From the NCBI GenBank assembly GCA_964016885.1, contig OZ024743.1, forward strand, positions 368,900,001 through 368,964,000: 64,000 nt of DNA, written 5' to 3'. The position numbers were made by a program, and so were the translations under genes. The stretch is from Eledone cirrhosa. Lineage: Eukaryota. Of this stretch, positions 24,890 to 37,602 are shown in pieces. The stretch's first letter is position 1; every line of letters begins with the position of its first letter. The notes below the pieces were generated by a model, which was not told the origin of the DNA, ran no database searches, and was given only the letters and a program-made list of their open reading frames with translations.

Positions 24890-25780
24890 CTGTCCATTTA
24901 AACTTCTCTGTATCAATGATTTAATTTTTATGGAAACAAGGCCTAGGATCAAGAGTTCTGAAGGGAAATCTAGCAAAGAAAAACATTTTAATTAGCAGGA
25001 AAGACAACAGGACTGTATGCCATCTGCGAACTGGCCATGCTTGATGTACAGAAAAGGAATAGATAGGAACTCTGTATTGTGTGGAAAATGTAAATAGTGA
25101 GTATGTGAGAGATCACAACTAGGTTGACTGAGAAGGGCTTTATATGTAGATGTGCAGGAGTAGTTAGTGATAAGAGCATTTATGAAGGAAGTCCATTCAA
25201 ATACTCAGGGGATGCCCTAAAAATGCTTGATAGTTTCTGTTACTTAGGTAAACAATGTAGGAATGATGTAGGAAAGTGTTCATAGCAACCAGAGAAATAA
25301 TAGTATGAAAAATGGGAGGTATTATCTTTGCATGCAACAAGAGGATTCTCTCTCCAAGTGAAAGACAGATTATATGATGTTTGTGTACAAAGCTTGATGT
25401 TGTATTTTAGTGAAAAATGGGCATTGAATATCATTCTCAACAGGATGTCAAATGCTAGTGAGAATGAAAAATGGAGTACAAATGAACTAAGAGAAAAACT
25501 GGGTGTAAGAGAAATCAGATGTAGTAAGCAAGAGAGAAGACTATGCCGATACATACATGTGATGCACAAGGAGAATGAGAGTTAGATATAGAATTGCCAA
25601 ACAGTCCAAATGCAAGAGAAAGGAAGACAAATTAAAACAGGGCAAGAACTAATGAAAGCTGATCAATCTCAAGAGGTTGAATCTTATGAACAAGAGAACA
25701 AAGATATGCAACAAATAATGAAATGTTGTACTGAAAGAGAATCCATCTAACCCATGGATGTAAATTTTTGATGATGATAA
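24890..25780 (+). mobile_element. Old degenerate RTE LINE 3' half
   Basis: GFSLQVKDRLYDVCV and NELREKLGVREIRC..ERRL in ORF 25328-25585. Confidence 0.75.
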
Positions 25781-25789
25781 TAACTATTG

Positions 25790-26215
25790 TTATGGTCACG
25801 TGATGCGCATGAAAAATGACAGCTGTATAAAAAAGTGCAGGGCAATCAAAATTGATGGAAGTTACTGAGTAGGTAGACTCAGAAAAACCTGGGACGATTT
25901 GATAAATTCCGACCTTTCACACTTACATCTCTCCAAGACAATGTCACTGGACCGAAATCTTTGGCGCCACGCAGTAATACAGAAGACCCGCCTTGCCTAT
26001 GTACGAAGCAAAACCTACAGTCAGTAGGCACCTCTTAACCAAATATACACCCAACCCACTACACCTACTCCATCCTCCCACTCCCACCAACACCACCCTT
26101 TCTCTGTAAAGTTATGTTGGTACCACAACATTCAGTCCAAACTAATGAGGTCATGTAGGTGTCACGACAAAAAAAACACACAGTCCACGCTGTAATATGG
26201 CCATATAGGTAACAC
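25790..26215 (+). mobile_element. RTE LINE 3' fragment, same subfamily as 27740-28695, opposite orientation
   Basis: GHVMRMK..KCRAIKIDGS..KTWDDLINSDL..LSKTMSLDR matches ORF 28100-28759. Confidence 0.85.
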
Positions 26216-26894
26216 GGTAAAAAGCTACATATATATGTATATGCATATATATATATATACATGTGTGTGTGTGTATATATATATGTGTGTGTGTGTTAGT
26301 AATGATGAATGTGAGAATGAATACTCAATACAATAACAACCTCAATATCACAGAATACAAACAAAACACACACATATATAAGAAACCTCTGTGAAAATAA
26401 ACTGCCTGGATGGTTGTTTGTGTGTGTATATGAGTGTATCAGTGAGGAAGTATAGTAAAAAGGGTGTGTCAAATTATGGATAAGCACTGGATTGTATATG
26501 TATATTAGTTCTTATGATGGTTGACTGTCTTGTTGTATGGTTGGCAGAGGCAAAGGATAATAATACTTTGGAGAATACTTCAATTAGTAGTGGTAGACAG
26601 GAATCCTATTTTGCATTGATGAACAAGATAGGAACTTCCTCTCTATCAAGATAACATCTCCCTATTTTCACTCAGTGCTCTTTTGAGATGTTTACACTGA
26701 AATCATAGCTTATATATGTAAATAAATACATCATGTGTATATATATAAAGACACATTTATCTATATACCTACCTACCTATTTTATGTCATGCTTATATTT
26801 TCACAATCATCATGTTTCAAATTCTTCTGATACAGGATTGTAGAATTTTGTTTTCTTTTCCTGACTCCTTCCATTCCAGAACAGATGACAAGAG

Positions 26895-27076
26895 CTGATA
26901 GATAGGTAGATAGATTGGGAGATAGACAGAGGGGAAGATAGATCAGGTGATAGATAGAAAGAGAGATAGATAGACTGGGAGGTAGATAGAACTCAAACAG
27001 AACAGAAAATCACTTGAATATAATTATTATCCAAATATGTGCTTTGTGTAAATGACACAGATAGACAGATAGATAG

Positions 27077-27113
<37 letters not shown>

Positions 27114-27129
27114 GATAGATGGGTGGATG

Positions 27130-27175
<46 letters not shown>

Positions 27176-27205
27176 CAGATATATATATCCTCATCATCAT
27201 CATCG
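26895..27205. repeat. (GATA)n, (CA)n and (CAT)n compound microsatellites
   Basis: Direct reading. Confidence 0.85.
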
Positions 27206-27739
27206 TCGTCCACTTTCCCTGCTAGCAAGTGTTGGACAAGTCTACATTAAAATATAATGTTAAAATATATTTAGCTCTGGTCTTTTATTTTCGAATATAG
27301 GAATCTGTACAAAGCAAGTGGGTTATAATTACCAACAAACCCTTTCCTTGCCTTCCAACTTGTTGCCTTGGTAATCCTAACCCACATGCATTGTATGGCT
27401 TCCAAAATATACTCACTTTCCACTTTAATATATAATATATGTGATGGAGGGTGGGGGGTGGGGTACATATTAATATTATACCTTATTAAGACAAGACTTA
27501 TAAATATTTATCTCTGATTTTGCTGAAAGTCACATGTGAATTTTTCAGTCCATTCTTTGTTTTGTTATCATCTCACATACATCTTACAAACAGAGCAGTT
27601 CTCCAATCTGTTGTGAAAACTGGCATTAAAAGTTCAATACCATCTTAATGCACAAAAGTGCATGCCAGAAAGGTGGCTGATGAGATAAAGACACACTTGT
27701 CTGTAACTGAGCATATTTTCTGCTGAAACTATATATATA

Positions 27740-28695
27740 TTATCATCATCATCATCATCATCAACGTTTAACGTCCGTGTTCCACGCTTGCATGGGTTTG
27801 GACGGGGGTAGTCCCACTTGAGGCAAGAGTGAATTGTCTTGCTCGCATAGGACTGTCTGGCAGGTTTTCTACAGTTGGATGCCCTTCCTAACACCAACCA
27901 CATTTACAGTGTGGGTCTGGGAGGTTTTTACCGTGTTGCCTACACGGCCACATTACAGCGTGGACTGTGTGTTTTTTTGTCGTGACACCTACACGATCTC
28001 ATTTGTTTCGGCCTGGATGGCGCGGCACCAACATAACTTTACATAGAACGGGGTGGTGTGGATGGGGTGGGGGTGGGTGGCGGGACGGGGTGTATTTTGT
28101 TAGAGATGCCTACTGGCAAGGCGGGTCTTCTCTGTTACTGAGTACCGCCAAAGGTCTCGGTCCAGTGACATTGTCTTGGAGAGGTATAAGTGTGTGAGGT
28201 CGGAGTTTATCAGCTCATCCCATGTTTTTCTAGGTCTGCCTATTCTTTGGCTACCGTCTATCTTTATTGCCCTGCACTTTGTTATACAGCTATCGACTTT
28301 CATGCGCATCACGTGTCCATACCAACGCAGCCTTCTCTCGAGTAAACAACATCTGATCCCTCTTATCTCTAATTTTTTCCTTAGTTCGTTTATGCTTTGC
28401 CGTTCACGTATATTACTGTTACACATCCAGCGGAGCATGCAAGCTTCGTTCCTCTCTAGTCTGCGTATATCCTCTGCACACAATGCCCAGGTCTCACTAC
28501 CATGCAACATTGCTGTTCGTATGCAGGCATCGTACAACCTGCCTTTCATTTTTAGGGAGAACCCTTTAGCAGCTAATAGTGGTATAAGCTCTCTGAACTT
28601 TTTCCAACCAGTTCTGACTCTAGCTACAGTACTTTCAGAGCACCCTCCCCCACTGCTGATTTTATCGCCCAGGTAACGGAAGCTGTCCACTATTT
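27740..28695 (-). mobile_element. RTE LINE 3' portion with open ORF C-terminus, 3' UTR and (GAT)n tail
   Basis: ORF 28100-28759: VDSFRYLG, MLHGSETW, RRLRWYGHV, GRPRKTW. Confidence 0.95.
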
Positions 28696-28715
28696 CATTA
28701 TATATATATAAATAA

Positions 28716-28758
<43 letters not shown>

Positions 28759-28761
<3 letters not shown>

Positions 28762-29136
28762 CATCATCATCACCGTTTTACATCCGTTCTTCCATGCTAG
28801 CATGGGTTAGACAGGTTGTCCTGTTGTGGGCAGTGTCTGGTCGGCTGACCATGCCTTGCTCATACAGGAACTGATTTTGGCTTGATTTCTACAGCTGGAT
28901 GCCCTTCCTAACACCAACCTCATTTATAGTGAGTACTGGGTGCTTTTTTCCATGGCACCTACACGTCCACTTTACAGTGTGGGCTGGGTGCTTTTTTGCC
29001 ATGCCACCTCCACGACCACCTTGTAGTGGGAGGATGTAGGGGCATATTGTCTATATGCTTCAGCTTGTACCCATAGGAGGTCGGGTACTCTATATTACTG
29101 TGTGACGCCAGAGGTCACGGTCGTGTGTCATCGCCT
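28759..29136 (-). mobile_element. RTE LINE 3' end, same subfamily as the end of 42873-44539
   Basis: Near-identical reverse complement of about 44180-44539. Confidence 0.92.
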
Positions 29137-29967
29137 TATATATATATATAAGTTTATTGGTTTACCACTGGACAGAACTGGTCATTACGTATAGTTAACC
29201 ATGATGTAATAGTAGGAAAAGCACTCAAGATTATGCAACTCATCCATCCTTGACGTTGGATCCTGTGCATGGTGCGGGAACAGAGTTAATTATTAGTTTC
29301 ATTAAAATATTAACAGGAGGCCAGGCTGGTGAAGTTCTATTGTTGTAGTGTTGTAGAAACACTACATATATTTCAATGGTCAGGTTACAGAAAATCCTGG
29401 TGATATTATCAGGTTCATATTGCATAATTAGTTACTCAATAAAGGAATTAGGTAAATACAAACAGAGAAGATATAATGAATTATGAAAAAAATACATTAC
29501 GTACAAACTACATTAAGAAAAAAGTATAAGTTAAAAAGTACAAAAGATATAAATGAAAAAAATTTATAAATTAGGGGTAAATACAAATAAAATATAAAAA
29601 AATATTATTTATTGCCAGTGTTTCATTAAAATAATAGATCCAGTTCTCACTAATATGTGTGTGTTTGTATTGTGAACGAAGGAGTGTGGTTTGGCGTTCT
29701 ATAAAAACTGAGATGATGACCCCCCCCCCCCTTGTCTCCACAAGGCCTGGAGAATTATGAACCTATACTGAGTATATTCATATATTGAAGATAGGGAAAT
29801 TTCTTTTTATTTCCAAGCACTCTCGGAATGAAGACAAATTCCAGTGTCTTGTGTGTAACTCGGAAAGTCCTCAGATGGTCAAACAGGGATGTAACGCATA
29901 CCAGATAATTATTAATAGCAGTGATGCTAATGATCCTGAAGATGGGGGGGGGGCAAATATATTTGAT

Positions 29968-30123
29968 GGTAAGTGTGGGGGTGTGCCCTTCCTCCACTCT
30001 ATATTTGGCCCCAAAAAATATTCTCACCATGGTAATTGGGGGTGTGGCCCCTCCCAATATTTGGCCCCAGAAAATATTCTCAGCAGCAAGGTAAGTAGGG
30101 GTGTGGCCCCTCCCAAATATTTG
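29968..30123 (+). repeat. About 2.5 copies of a ~60-bp imperfect tandem repeat with GGGGTGTG boxes
   Basis: Units start at 29968, 30031 and 30090: GGTAA..GGGGTGTG.CCC.TCC...ATATTTG. Confidence 0.85.
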
Positions 30124-30240
30124 AAGAAATAAAAGATAAAATGTAATAAAATTAAAATAAAATAAAATTAAATTAAATTAAATCCCTAAGTAGTGTTGGG
30201 TTTTATGAGTTGCTCAATATTAGATTCATATGAAATATAA

Positions 30241-30342
30241 TTGTTTCTACGTTAGGCACAAGGCCAGCAATTATCCAGTGCATTACTGGTACTTTATTTT
30301 ATCGACCCCATAAGGATGAAAGGCAAAGTTAACCTCGGCGGG
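30241..30342 (-). mobile_element. Family-A SINE, 5'-truncated, with a ~17-bp TSD
   Basis: TTCATATG(A/G)AATATAAT flanks both sides. Confidence 0.9.
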
Positions 30343-30889
30343 TTTCATATGGAATATAATGTAATTTTATATTATATGAAAATATAGCGATTTTACATTA
30401 TGTAGTATGTATGCCCCTGTGTAGTTATTATAATACAAGGGAACTATATCGAATGTTAGGCAGTGAGTAAACCCCATGGGAGGTGGGTAATTAAATATAT
30501 GTATAAATAATTAATGGATGTTAAATAAGTCAAAGAGATAGTGAAATACAATTAATGAATGATAATAATTAATATCTCGTTGAAGTGATTGGAATGAGGA
30601 CCCTACTGAGATATGTGGTACCACATATGAGGTATGAGATAACCTGAAGATTAAGGTGTACACAACTAATATCTGAAATATATAGTATAATAAAAGCCCA
30701 GTGCAGTGGAATAAAATTAAATAAAAAAATAAAAAAATAAAAAATAAACATATAAAATATAAATGATATCAAGTAATATATACTGTAAGGTCTGAGATGA
30801 AACTTTCGGTATAAATACCTGAAAAACACTAAAAGACTCAGTCAGTACAAGATATAGAAGGTCAAGAAGAAACAGAAGGGGTCATGTAG

Positions 30890-31190
30890 ATAATAATAAT
30901 AATAATAATGAAATTATTGTGTACAGTGCTCAGGTGCACTACAACTCATCAAAGGCGCATGTATAGTACATAGAATAATATACAAATGTCAGGGAAGTGT
31001 GGGGTGTAGTGGAATATTAGGTGTAGTGTTGGCGAATCTCAGGAAGCATGGAGGTTTTAAAGGATGCATTGTCTCGACAGCTAATAACTGATGGAGGTAG
31101 TTTGTTTCATGCTTCAGCAACTCTGAGTGTGAAAACATGTTTCCGAAAGTCATGAAAGTCATGGAAGCTGTGCTGTCTTCTGACTTTGTT
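30890..31190 (-). mobile_element. CR1-like LINE 3' end with ATT tail
   Basis: Highly similar to about 59937-60215 (HDFRKH...RVAEAWNKL type C-terminus). Confidence 0.85.
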
Positions 31191-31685
31191 GGCATCAAAC
31201 AGTTGAGAAAGTCCAAATTGCAAACAGAAATAATAAAGCAAATGACACAGTACAATGAAGAGATATATTATGAAATAGTATGAAAAGAGTCTTGACGTTT
31301 TGGGTGCTAGTCCTTCATCAGAAAATAGAAAGGGAAATTAAAGAAGAAATAGAAAGATTGGGGAAACGAGCAGTTGTGGAAATGGAAAAAAAATGTTTAG
31401 GGAAAATAACATGTCCATTCATGTTGCTATCCTCCCCACTATCTTTCTCTCTCTATATATATATATAAGTATTTTTGTTGGGGAATATATTTGAATAAAA
31501 TGGTGTAATTCTTCTCTTGATGCCCTAAGCATGTGCTTATTTTGCTTCGTGGTTAATCAACCCTGGCTGCATTGTAGCAGTTAGTCCAGTTATATATAGT
31601 GACCACTGTGAGTGAATGTTGCTAAGATGCTAGAGGAGCAGATTTGGATCAAATTAATTATATTCTGCATCACTGAAACTAATTA

Positions 31686-32207
31686 TTGTATATATTTGAA
31701 TATAAGCTGAGAAATATCTGAGAAATAGGCAAAAATCCAAACCCCATTTATAAGCTGAGGCAGCTAACCAACACATTATGTTTAGGTGGTGTGGTTTTAA
31801 GATTCTCATGAGTGGAGAATATATTTATGTTGTGTTAATATTTTGTTGTTTAGAATGTTTTAAGTGTTGTTTAGAATATAGTTTTTCTTACACAACTCCA
31901 TTGTGTAATGATTTTTTTACCAATTTCCGACCATTTTGAAGGCCATATTCATTCAGAACATATCAAACACAATAGGAAATATGAATTCCATGTAAAAAAA
32001 TGAAGCCAGTGTAATATTCAACTCCAAAGTGAAACTGGTATGATACTCATCTCCAAAATAAAAATATTTTAGCACCTCATTTCCATAGAATTTTGAAGTT
32101 GGTGAAAATAAAAAAATATTGATCTTGAATATATGCCAACCTCTCGTTTGCCATCAATTTTTTTTTTCTTGTTACATATTTCCCGGCTTGTATACAAGTA
32201 TATATGA
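31686..32207. mobile_element. Tc2/pogo-like MITE, older copy
   Basis: Body homologous to 58531-58912; decayed TIRs TTGTATATATTTGAATATAAGC / GCTTGTATACAAGTATATATGA between TA dinucleotides. Confidence 0.7.
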
Positions 32208-32613
32208 TATATTATGAGATATAAAATGTATATCACTATTTATTTAACAGGCTGATAACATAAAAACAATATTTCTAAAGCTGTTTTTTATTTCACTTTT
32301 CCCTTTTCCTCATTGCATCCCTATGTAAGTACAATAACCCAAGTCTGAAGTTGATAACCACAGTTTGTCTTAAATATTTTGTATAAGCAATTCTCTCTCT
32401 TCGTTCTTTCTTTCTTTGCTTTTCTCTCTTTATTTCTGCCTTCCACTACTACATTCCTTCTCTTAATTGATATTTTATTTTCCATTTTTTTATTTTTTTT
32501 ATTTCTTTCTTATATATTTAAAATATATTTTTAAATGTAACTCTTGTCACATCTTTTTGTATTTGTTTTGTTTCATTCTGCAATGATTTGCCTTCAAGGC
32601 ATATACAGAATAG

Positions 32614-35600
32614 ATAATAATAATAATAATAATAATGCTTTCTTTATTAACCACAAAGGTTTACACAAAGTAGATATTAAGGACAGTACAGGACAATACA
32701 GGATGGTACAAATGGACATTTCTGCGTGTAAAAAAACAAAAAACAGAGGATGTAACAAAAAAAAGAAACAATAAAAAATTTCCCAATAGGGGGGAGACTT
32801 CCAGGAACATTCGTGGAGAAAGCCCATTAAAAAAGCCACGGTGACCCTGACCACCAGGGCAAGTGCCCTCTCCCAGTTTTCCACCTTCAATTTACAGGCA
32901 CATACTCAGAGTAGGCCCATTCACATGGGCCATTCTTGCCTCTCTCACCCCTCTTTCAACAAAATACTGGGAAGAAAGCACTTCCCTCTCTACCCCGATT
33001 TTCCTTTTCAAATGAAATTTGAAAAAAGTAAATCAGGGCATCACCGAAGAAGTAATTGCTCGGATCAGCCCTTTCAAACGTGTCCACCATACTATCTCTT
33101 TCGCCATGGCCACCAGACAGATAAAAATTGCCTGCCCTTCCCGGCTAAAGGAAGAGGGTAGGGCAATCCTCACGATGGACTCAACTGATAGCTGGATCCA
33201 TCCTACACGTGACAGCAGGTGTTCGACATAAACCCACAAGTCAGCAAGGCTTGGACACTGGACGAGTGCATGCAGGATGGTTTCGTTGCCCTGGTCACAT
33301 CTCGGACATGCCCAGCTGATGGCACTTCCATGCCTGTAGAGTTTATCCCGAACTGGCAAGGCTCCTTGGTAGCACTGCCGGGCCAGGGATTTCTGGAAAT
33401 TGGCCCATAGGCCCCGGCCCGAAAGTTCTTCCGAAGAGATTGGCTAGTTGATTTTCGTCGACGCCTAGAGTTTCCCCAAGTACTAATCCTCTATAGAACT
33501 CCAAGCTGGAGTTTCCACCGATCACATTGCCTGACTGGTCGAGGGCCGTGAGCACCTGAAGACATTCCAGTCTACAAGCGCTGGCTCTCGGTCTTCGCTT
33601 GACCCAGGACTGCAGCTCCGTCAAGGAGACGAGCTGGGAAAAGATGCATCTAGCAAACGGTGACCACACCTGATCACCAGGTGGAGATGTCGTAGCCTGA
33701 GCGCATGTCTGCGCATCATCAGCCATGGCATTACCAGCAATCCACGTAGCAGGTGTTGATAGCAGATGGACCGCCTGACCATCGGAGCGCATTCCTTCCA
33801 CAAAAAACGAAAGAGCAAACACTCCAGTGCAGTCAGGTGAGGCTTAGGACAAGATGATGGACGCGATGTACGCATTTGCCACCTCCGCGCGACCTTTCAG
33901 GGATAGCTTCCTCTCTGCCCATTTCTGGGTGAGAGAAGCCACCCAGCTCATCACCTCGTCCCAGTTTTTGTCCATCTGGAGGTCCGGACCGAACCAGACC
34001 CCTAGCAATTTAACCGGTCCGTCCGTCTGGCGCCTCTCCAGGTGCCAAGCTGCAGGCCCACCAACTTTTCTTGGTTGATCATTGCTCCTGTCACCGCTTT
34101 GTATTCTCTTAGTGTGACACCGATCGCTTCCATGTGTTTGGCGTTCGACACCACTACGGTGTCATCGTCCGCATATGCTGACACGGATCTTCCACATCCT
34201 AGTTCCCACGAGAGCCCCCTCAACGTCTCCAGTTTGTGCAGTAATGGCTCGAGAGTCAATACGTACAAGAGGGACGAGAGGGGACATCCTTGGCGGACCA
34301 AGTGCATGATGTTGAACGGTTCCAAAAGGTGACCATTCACTCTCACCACAGAGCAGATGTCGCTGTGCATGGCAGCGATCCAGCCTCGGAAGACGAGCCC
34401 AAAGCCAGCCGCTCTCATGACTGCCGCCAGATAATGATGGTCGACCCTATCGACGAAAGCTTTCGACTGATCTAAATTGATCAAGGACCCACCCGTGCCA
34501 GGTTCCCTAGTTACCCTCTCCACGATGTATCGCATGAGGTGGAGGTTGTCGTGAATGGATCTGTTTGGAATGGCGCATGTCTGCGCCTCTCCCACCAGAC
34601 CACTAACGACAAGCGCCAACCTCTTTGCTAACACCTTGGCCAAAATCTTGAACTCTGTGTTTAGCAGAGTTATGGGCTTGAAATTATCGATGTTATCCCC
34701 CTTGTTCGGATCCTTTCTCAGCAGCGCCACCGCTCCTCGGCTCACAGAGCTGGGAATTCTCCCGTTCTGTTGCCAGTTTCAGTAGACGTCCGCCAAGAGG
34801 GCTCTGAACAAGTCTGGCATCTGTACGTAAAGGTCATAGGGCAGACCATTCAAACCAGGCGATTTACCCCTTGTGCAGCCAGTCATTGCCTCCCGTACTT
34901 CAGCGACTGTTATAGGCTTTTCACAACACTCAGCAAGTGGCCGAGAGCCGCAGCAGTCTTTTGAGGTAGGCACTAAAGTCCATCCCTCGATCCGGCCCGC
35001 CGCTGCCCCCGAACAGCTGAGCGAAGTGTCGTTGAAAAGCTTCACACATTTGCCCGGGATCGAGTAGCATGCGCCCGTCGTGGTCCACCAAAGACCGGAT
35101 CGTGGCTTTGTTGCCACGACACACCTCCGCCACTCGAGCCCATTGAATGGCTTTCGTCCCCTCGTGTCTGAGAGCATGCACCCTAGCTCTGACAACGCAG
35201 CCTTCATGCTTTGCATTGAAGAATTGGTCAAGGGCCAATTTCGCTGCAAGTACGTCGTTCACGATGCCTTTGCTAAGCGCCTCGTCTAATTTTCTCTATT
35301 GCTAAAACCTTACTAAATCTAATGAACTCTATTCTAATTGCTCTTTTTAGAGCAAACCACCACTTGTTGTTGACGATGGCCCCCGTCAACGCCTGCTTAA
35401 CTAGTTCGCTAATCCGGTCTCTGTAGGCCTTGCACGCTGTTAATGACGCGTTTAGCTTCCAGTAGCCGGGTCCTTGTCTATGAAGCCTATCTAAGTCAAC
35501 CACACAGATCACAAATTTGTGGTCCGTGTAGCTGACTATCTTGAATTGTGGACAGCCTATTCTAGACGTATCTATTTCCCTACAAAATACTCTATCTGGA

Positions 35601-36590
35601 TCTGGATGACCCGATGCGGTTTGTCCAAGTCCACATTGCCACATTCGGGAAATCCAATCGGTACCTGTCAGAAAGTTCAAAACGCCTGAGCAGGTTGGTG
35701 AGGCTCTTGCACCCCACCTTCCTCCCCTATCCGCTAATCCCACACAATCCTAGCGTGCATCTAAGATCCCGTTCCAGTCACCCACTAACACTAGAGAGAG
35801 GTCTCCAGACGCCGGAAGAATTCAGGCCGTCCTGCTCCTGTTGGAGTATAGGCGGCCACTAGCCTGAAAGCTTGTCCTTCTCTGCTGGTCACCTCCAGTA
35901 CCACCAACTTACACTCTGGGTCCAAGAAAACTAGCCGTGTCTCGAGATCCAGACTTCTCCGGAACAACACGGGCACTCCCCCCCAGATCTGGGACGGCTT
36001 GGAGATGTGTACACCTCGTAGCCGCCGAAAATGGGTGCGAAGGCCCATGCCTCGTGAGATTCTGGTCTCGCTGATGGCCACCACATCTATGTTTAGCAAC
36101 CTGAGATCATTCAGCATGTGGCCCTGCTTGCAAGACAACCTCCAGGCCACGTACATTTATGCTACCTATTCTGAGAGAAGCCATGTTGGCTAGGATAGGA
36201 GGAAAACAAGTGAGAGGGGAGAGGTACAAAAAATTACCTATGGCTCTTCTTTAGGAAGGGGGTGGGTGATCCATCCCTCCGACCATTGGTGGGTTTCTCC
36301 ACGAGAATATCCGTGAATATTCTTTTGGTGATGTTCCCTCGGTAGTCTCCAATTGATGTGGGGAACATTTTTTTTAATGTTATGTAATTTTTTTGTGTAT
36401 TTTCTATTATTTTTATGTGTGTGAGGGGTGCGATTTTGGTGGTTTGTACGTAGTTTGTTTCTGTGATGTTGGTGTGGTGTTGAATTTAATTTAAAAGCGT
36501 TGTGTTGTCTCTGTCTATGGCTGTGTATTGTGTCTGCTGTTGGGGTGTTGGTGCTTTCTGTGTTTGCTGTCGTGTTGTTGGAGGTGACGA
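32614..36590 (-). mobile_element. L1/Tx1-type LINE: ORF1 3' part plus almost complete frameshifted ORF2, 3' UTR and ATT tail
   Basis: ORF2 start MASLRIGSINVRGL at 36184; DVVAISET, GPGYWKLN, KSPGLNGLP, QGCPLS, AYADD and CPRC..H..C in successive ORFs. Confidence 0.95.
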
Positions 36591-36599
36591 TGGGGTAGA

Positions 36600-37602
36600 T
36601 CTTTTTCCGGCGTCTGGAGACCTTTCTTGGAACGTCCCGCTCTTAGATGTATGCTGGAAACCTGCTCAGATGGTTTCAACTGTCTGACAGGTACCGGTTG
36701 GATTTCCCGAATGTGCCAATGTGGACTTGGACAAACTGCATAGGGTCATCCAGACCATATCTAGATAGGGTATTTTGTAGGGAAATAGATAGGTCTAGCA
36801 TAGGCTGTCCACAATTCAAGATAGTAGACCACACGGACCACAAATTCGTGATCTGTGTGGTTGACTTAGATAGGCTTCATAGACAGGGACCCGGCTACTG
36901 GAAACTAAATGCGTCATTAACAGCGCGCAAAGCTTACAGAGAGCGGATTAGCGAATTAGTTAAGCGGGCGTTGACGGGGGGCATCATCAACAACAAATGG
37001 TGGTTTGCCCTGAAAAGAGCGATTAGAATAGAGTCCATTAGGTTTAGTAAAGCGTTAGTAATAAAGAAAAATAGAACAGAGAGAGATGTAGTTAGCAAAT
37101 TAGACGAGGCGCTTAGAAAAGGCATCGCGACCGACATGCTTGCTGCGAAATTGGCTCTTGCCTAATTTTTCAATGCAAAGCACGAAGGCTGCATTGTCAG
37201 AGCTAGGGTGCGTGCTCTCAGACACGAGGGGACGAAAGCCATTAGATAGGCCCGGATGGCGGAGGCGCATCGTGGCAACAAAGACACAATCTGGTCTTTG
37301 GCGGACCACGACAGGCGCATGATACTCGATCCCGGGCAGACGTGTGTGGCTTTTCAGCAGCACTTTTCTCAGCTGTTCGATGGCAGTGGAAGGTCGCATC
37401 GCGGGATGGACGTTAGTGCCTACCTTGACGGACTGCTGCTGCTCTCGGCCACTGAAGCGGAATGTTGCGAAAGGCCGATAACAGCTGCTGAAGTATGGGA
37501 GGCAATGACTAGTTGCACAATGGGTAAATCGCCTGGTTTGGATGGTCTGCCCTACGAACTTTACGTACATATTCCAGACTTGTTCGAAGACCCCTTGGCA
37601 GA
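36600..37602 (+). mobile_element. Tx1 internal fragment (APE C-terminal half to RT start), inverted relative to about 34790-35810
   Basis: ORFs 36647-37165 and 37256-37612 (GPGYWKLN; [13 protein letters not shown]). Confidence 0.92.

Noticed and set aside
32614-36590. Intact autonomous Tx1 element
   Set aside because: ORF2 is broken by several frameshifts and deletions and ORF1 is 5'-truncated; no copy in the window is coding-competent.
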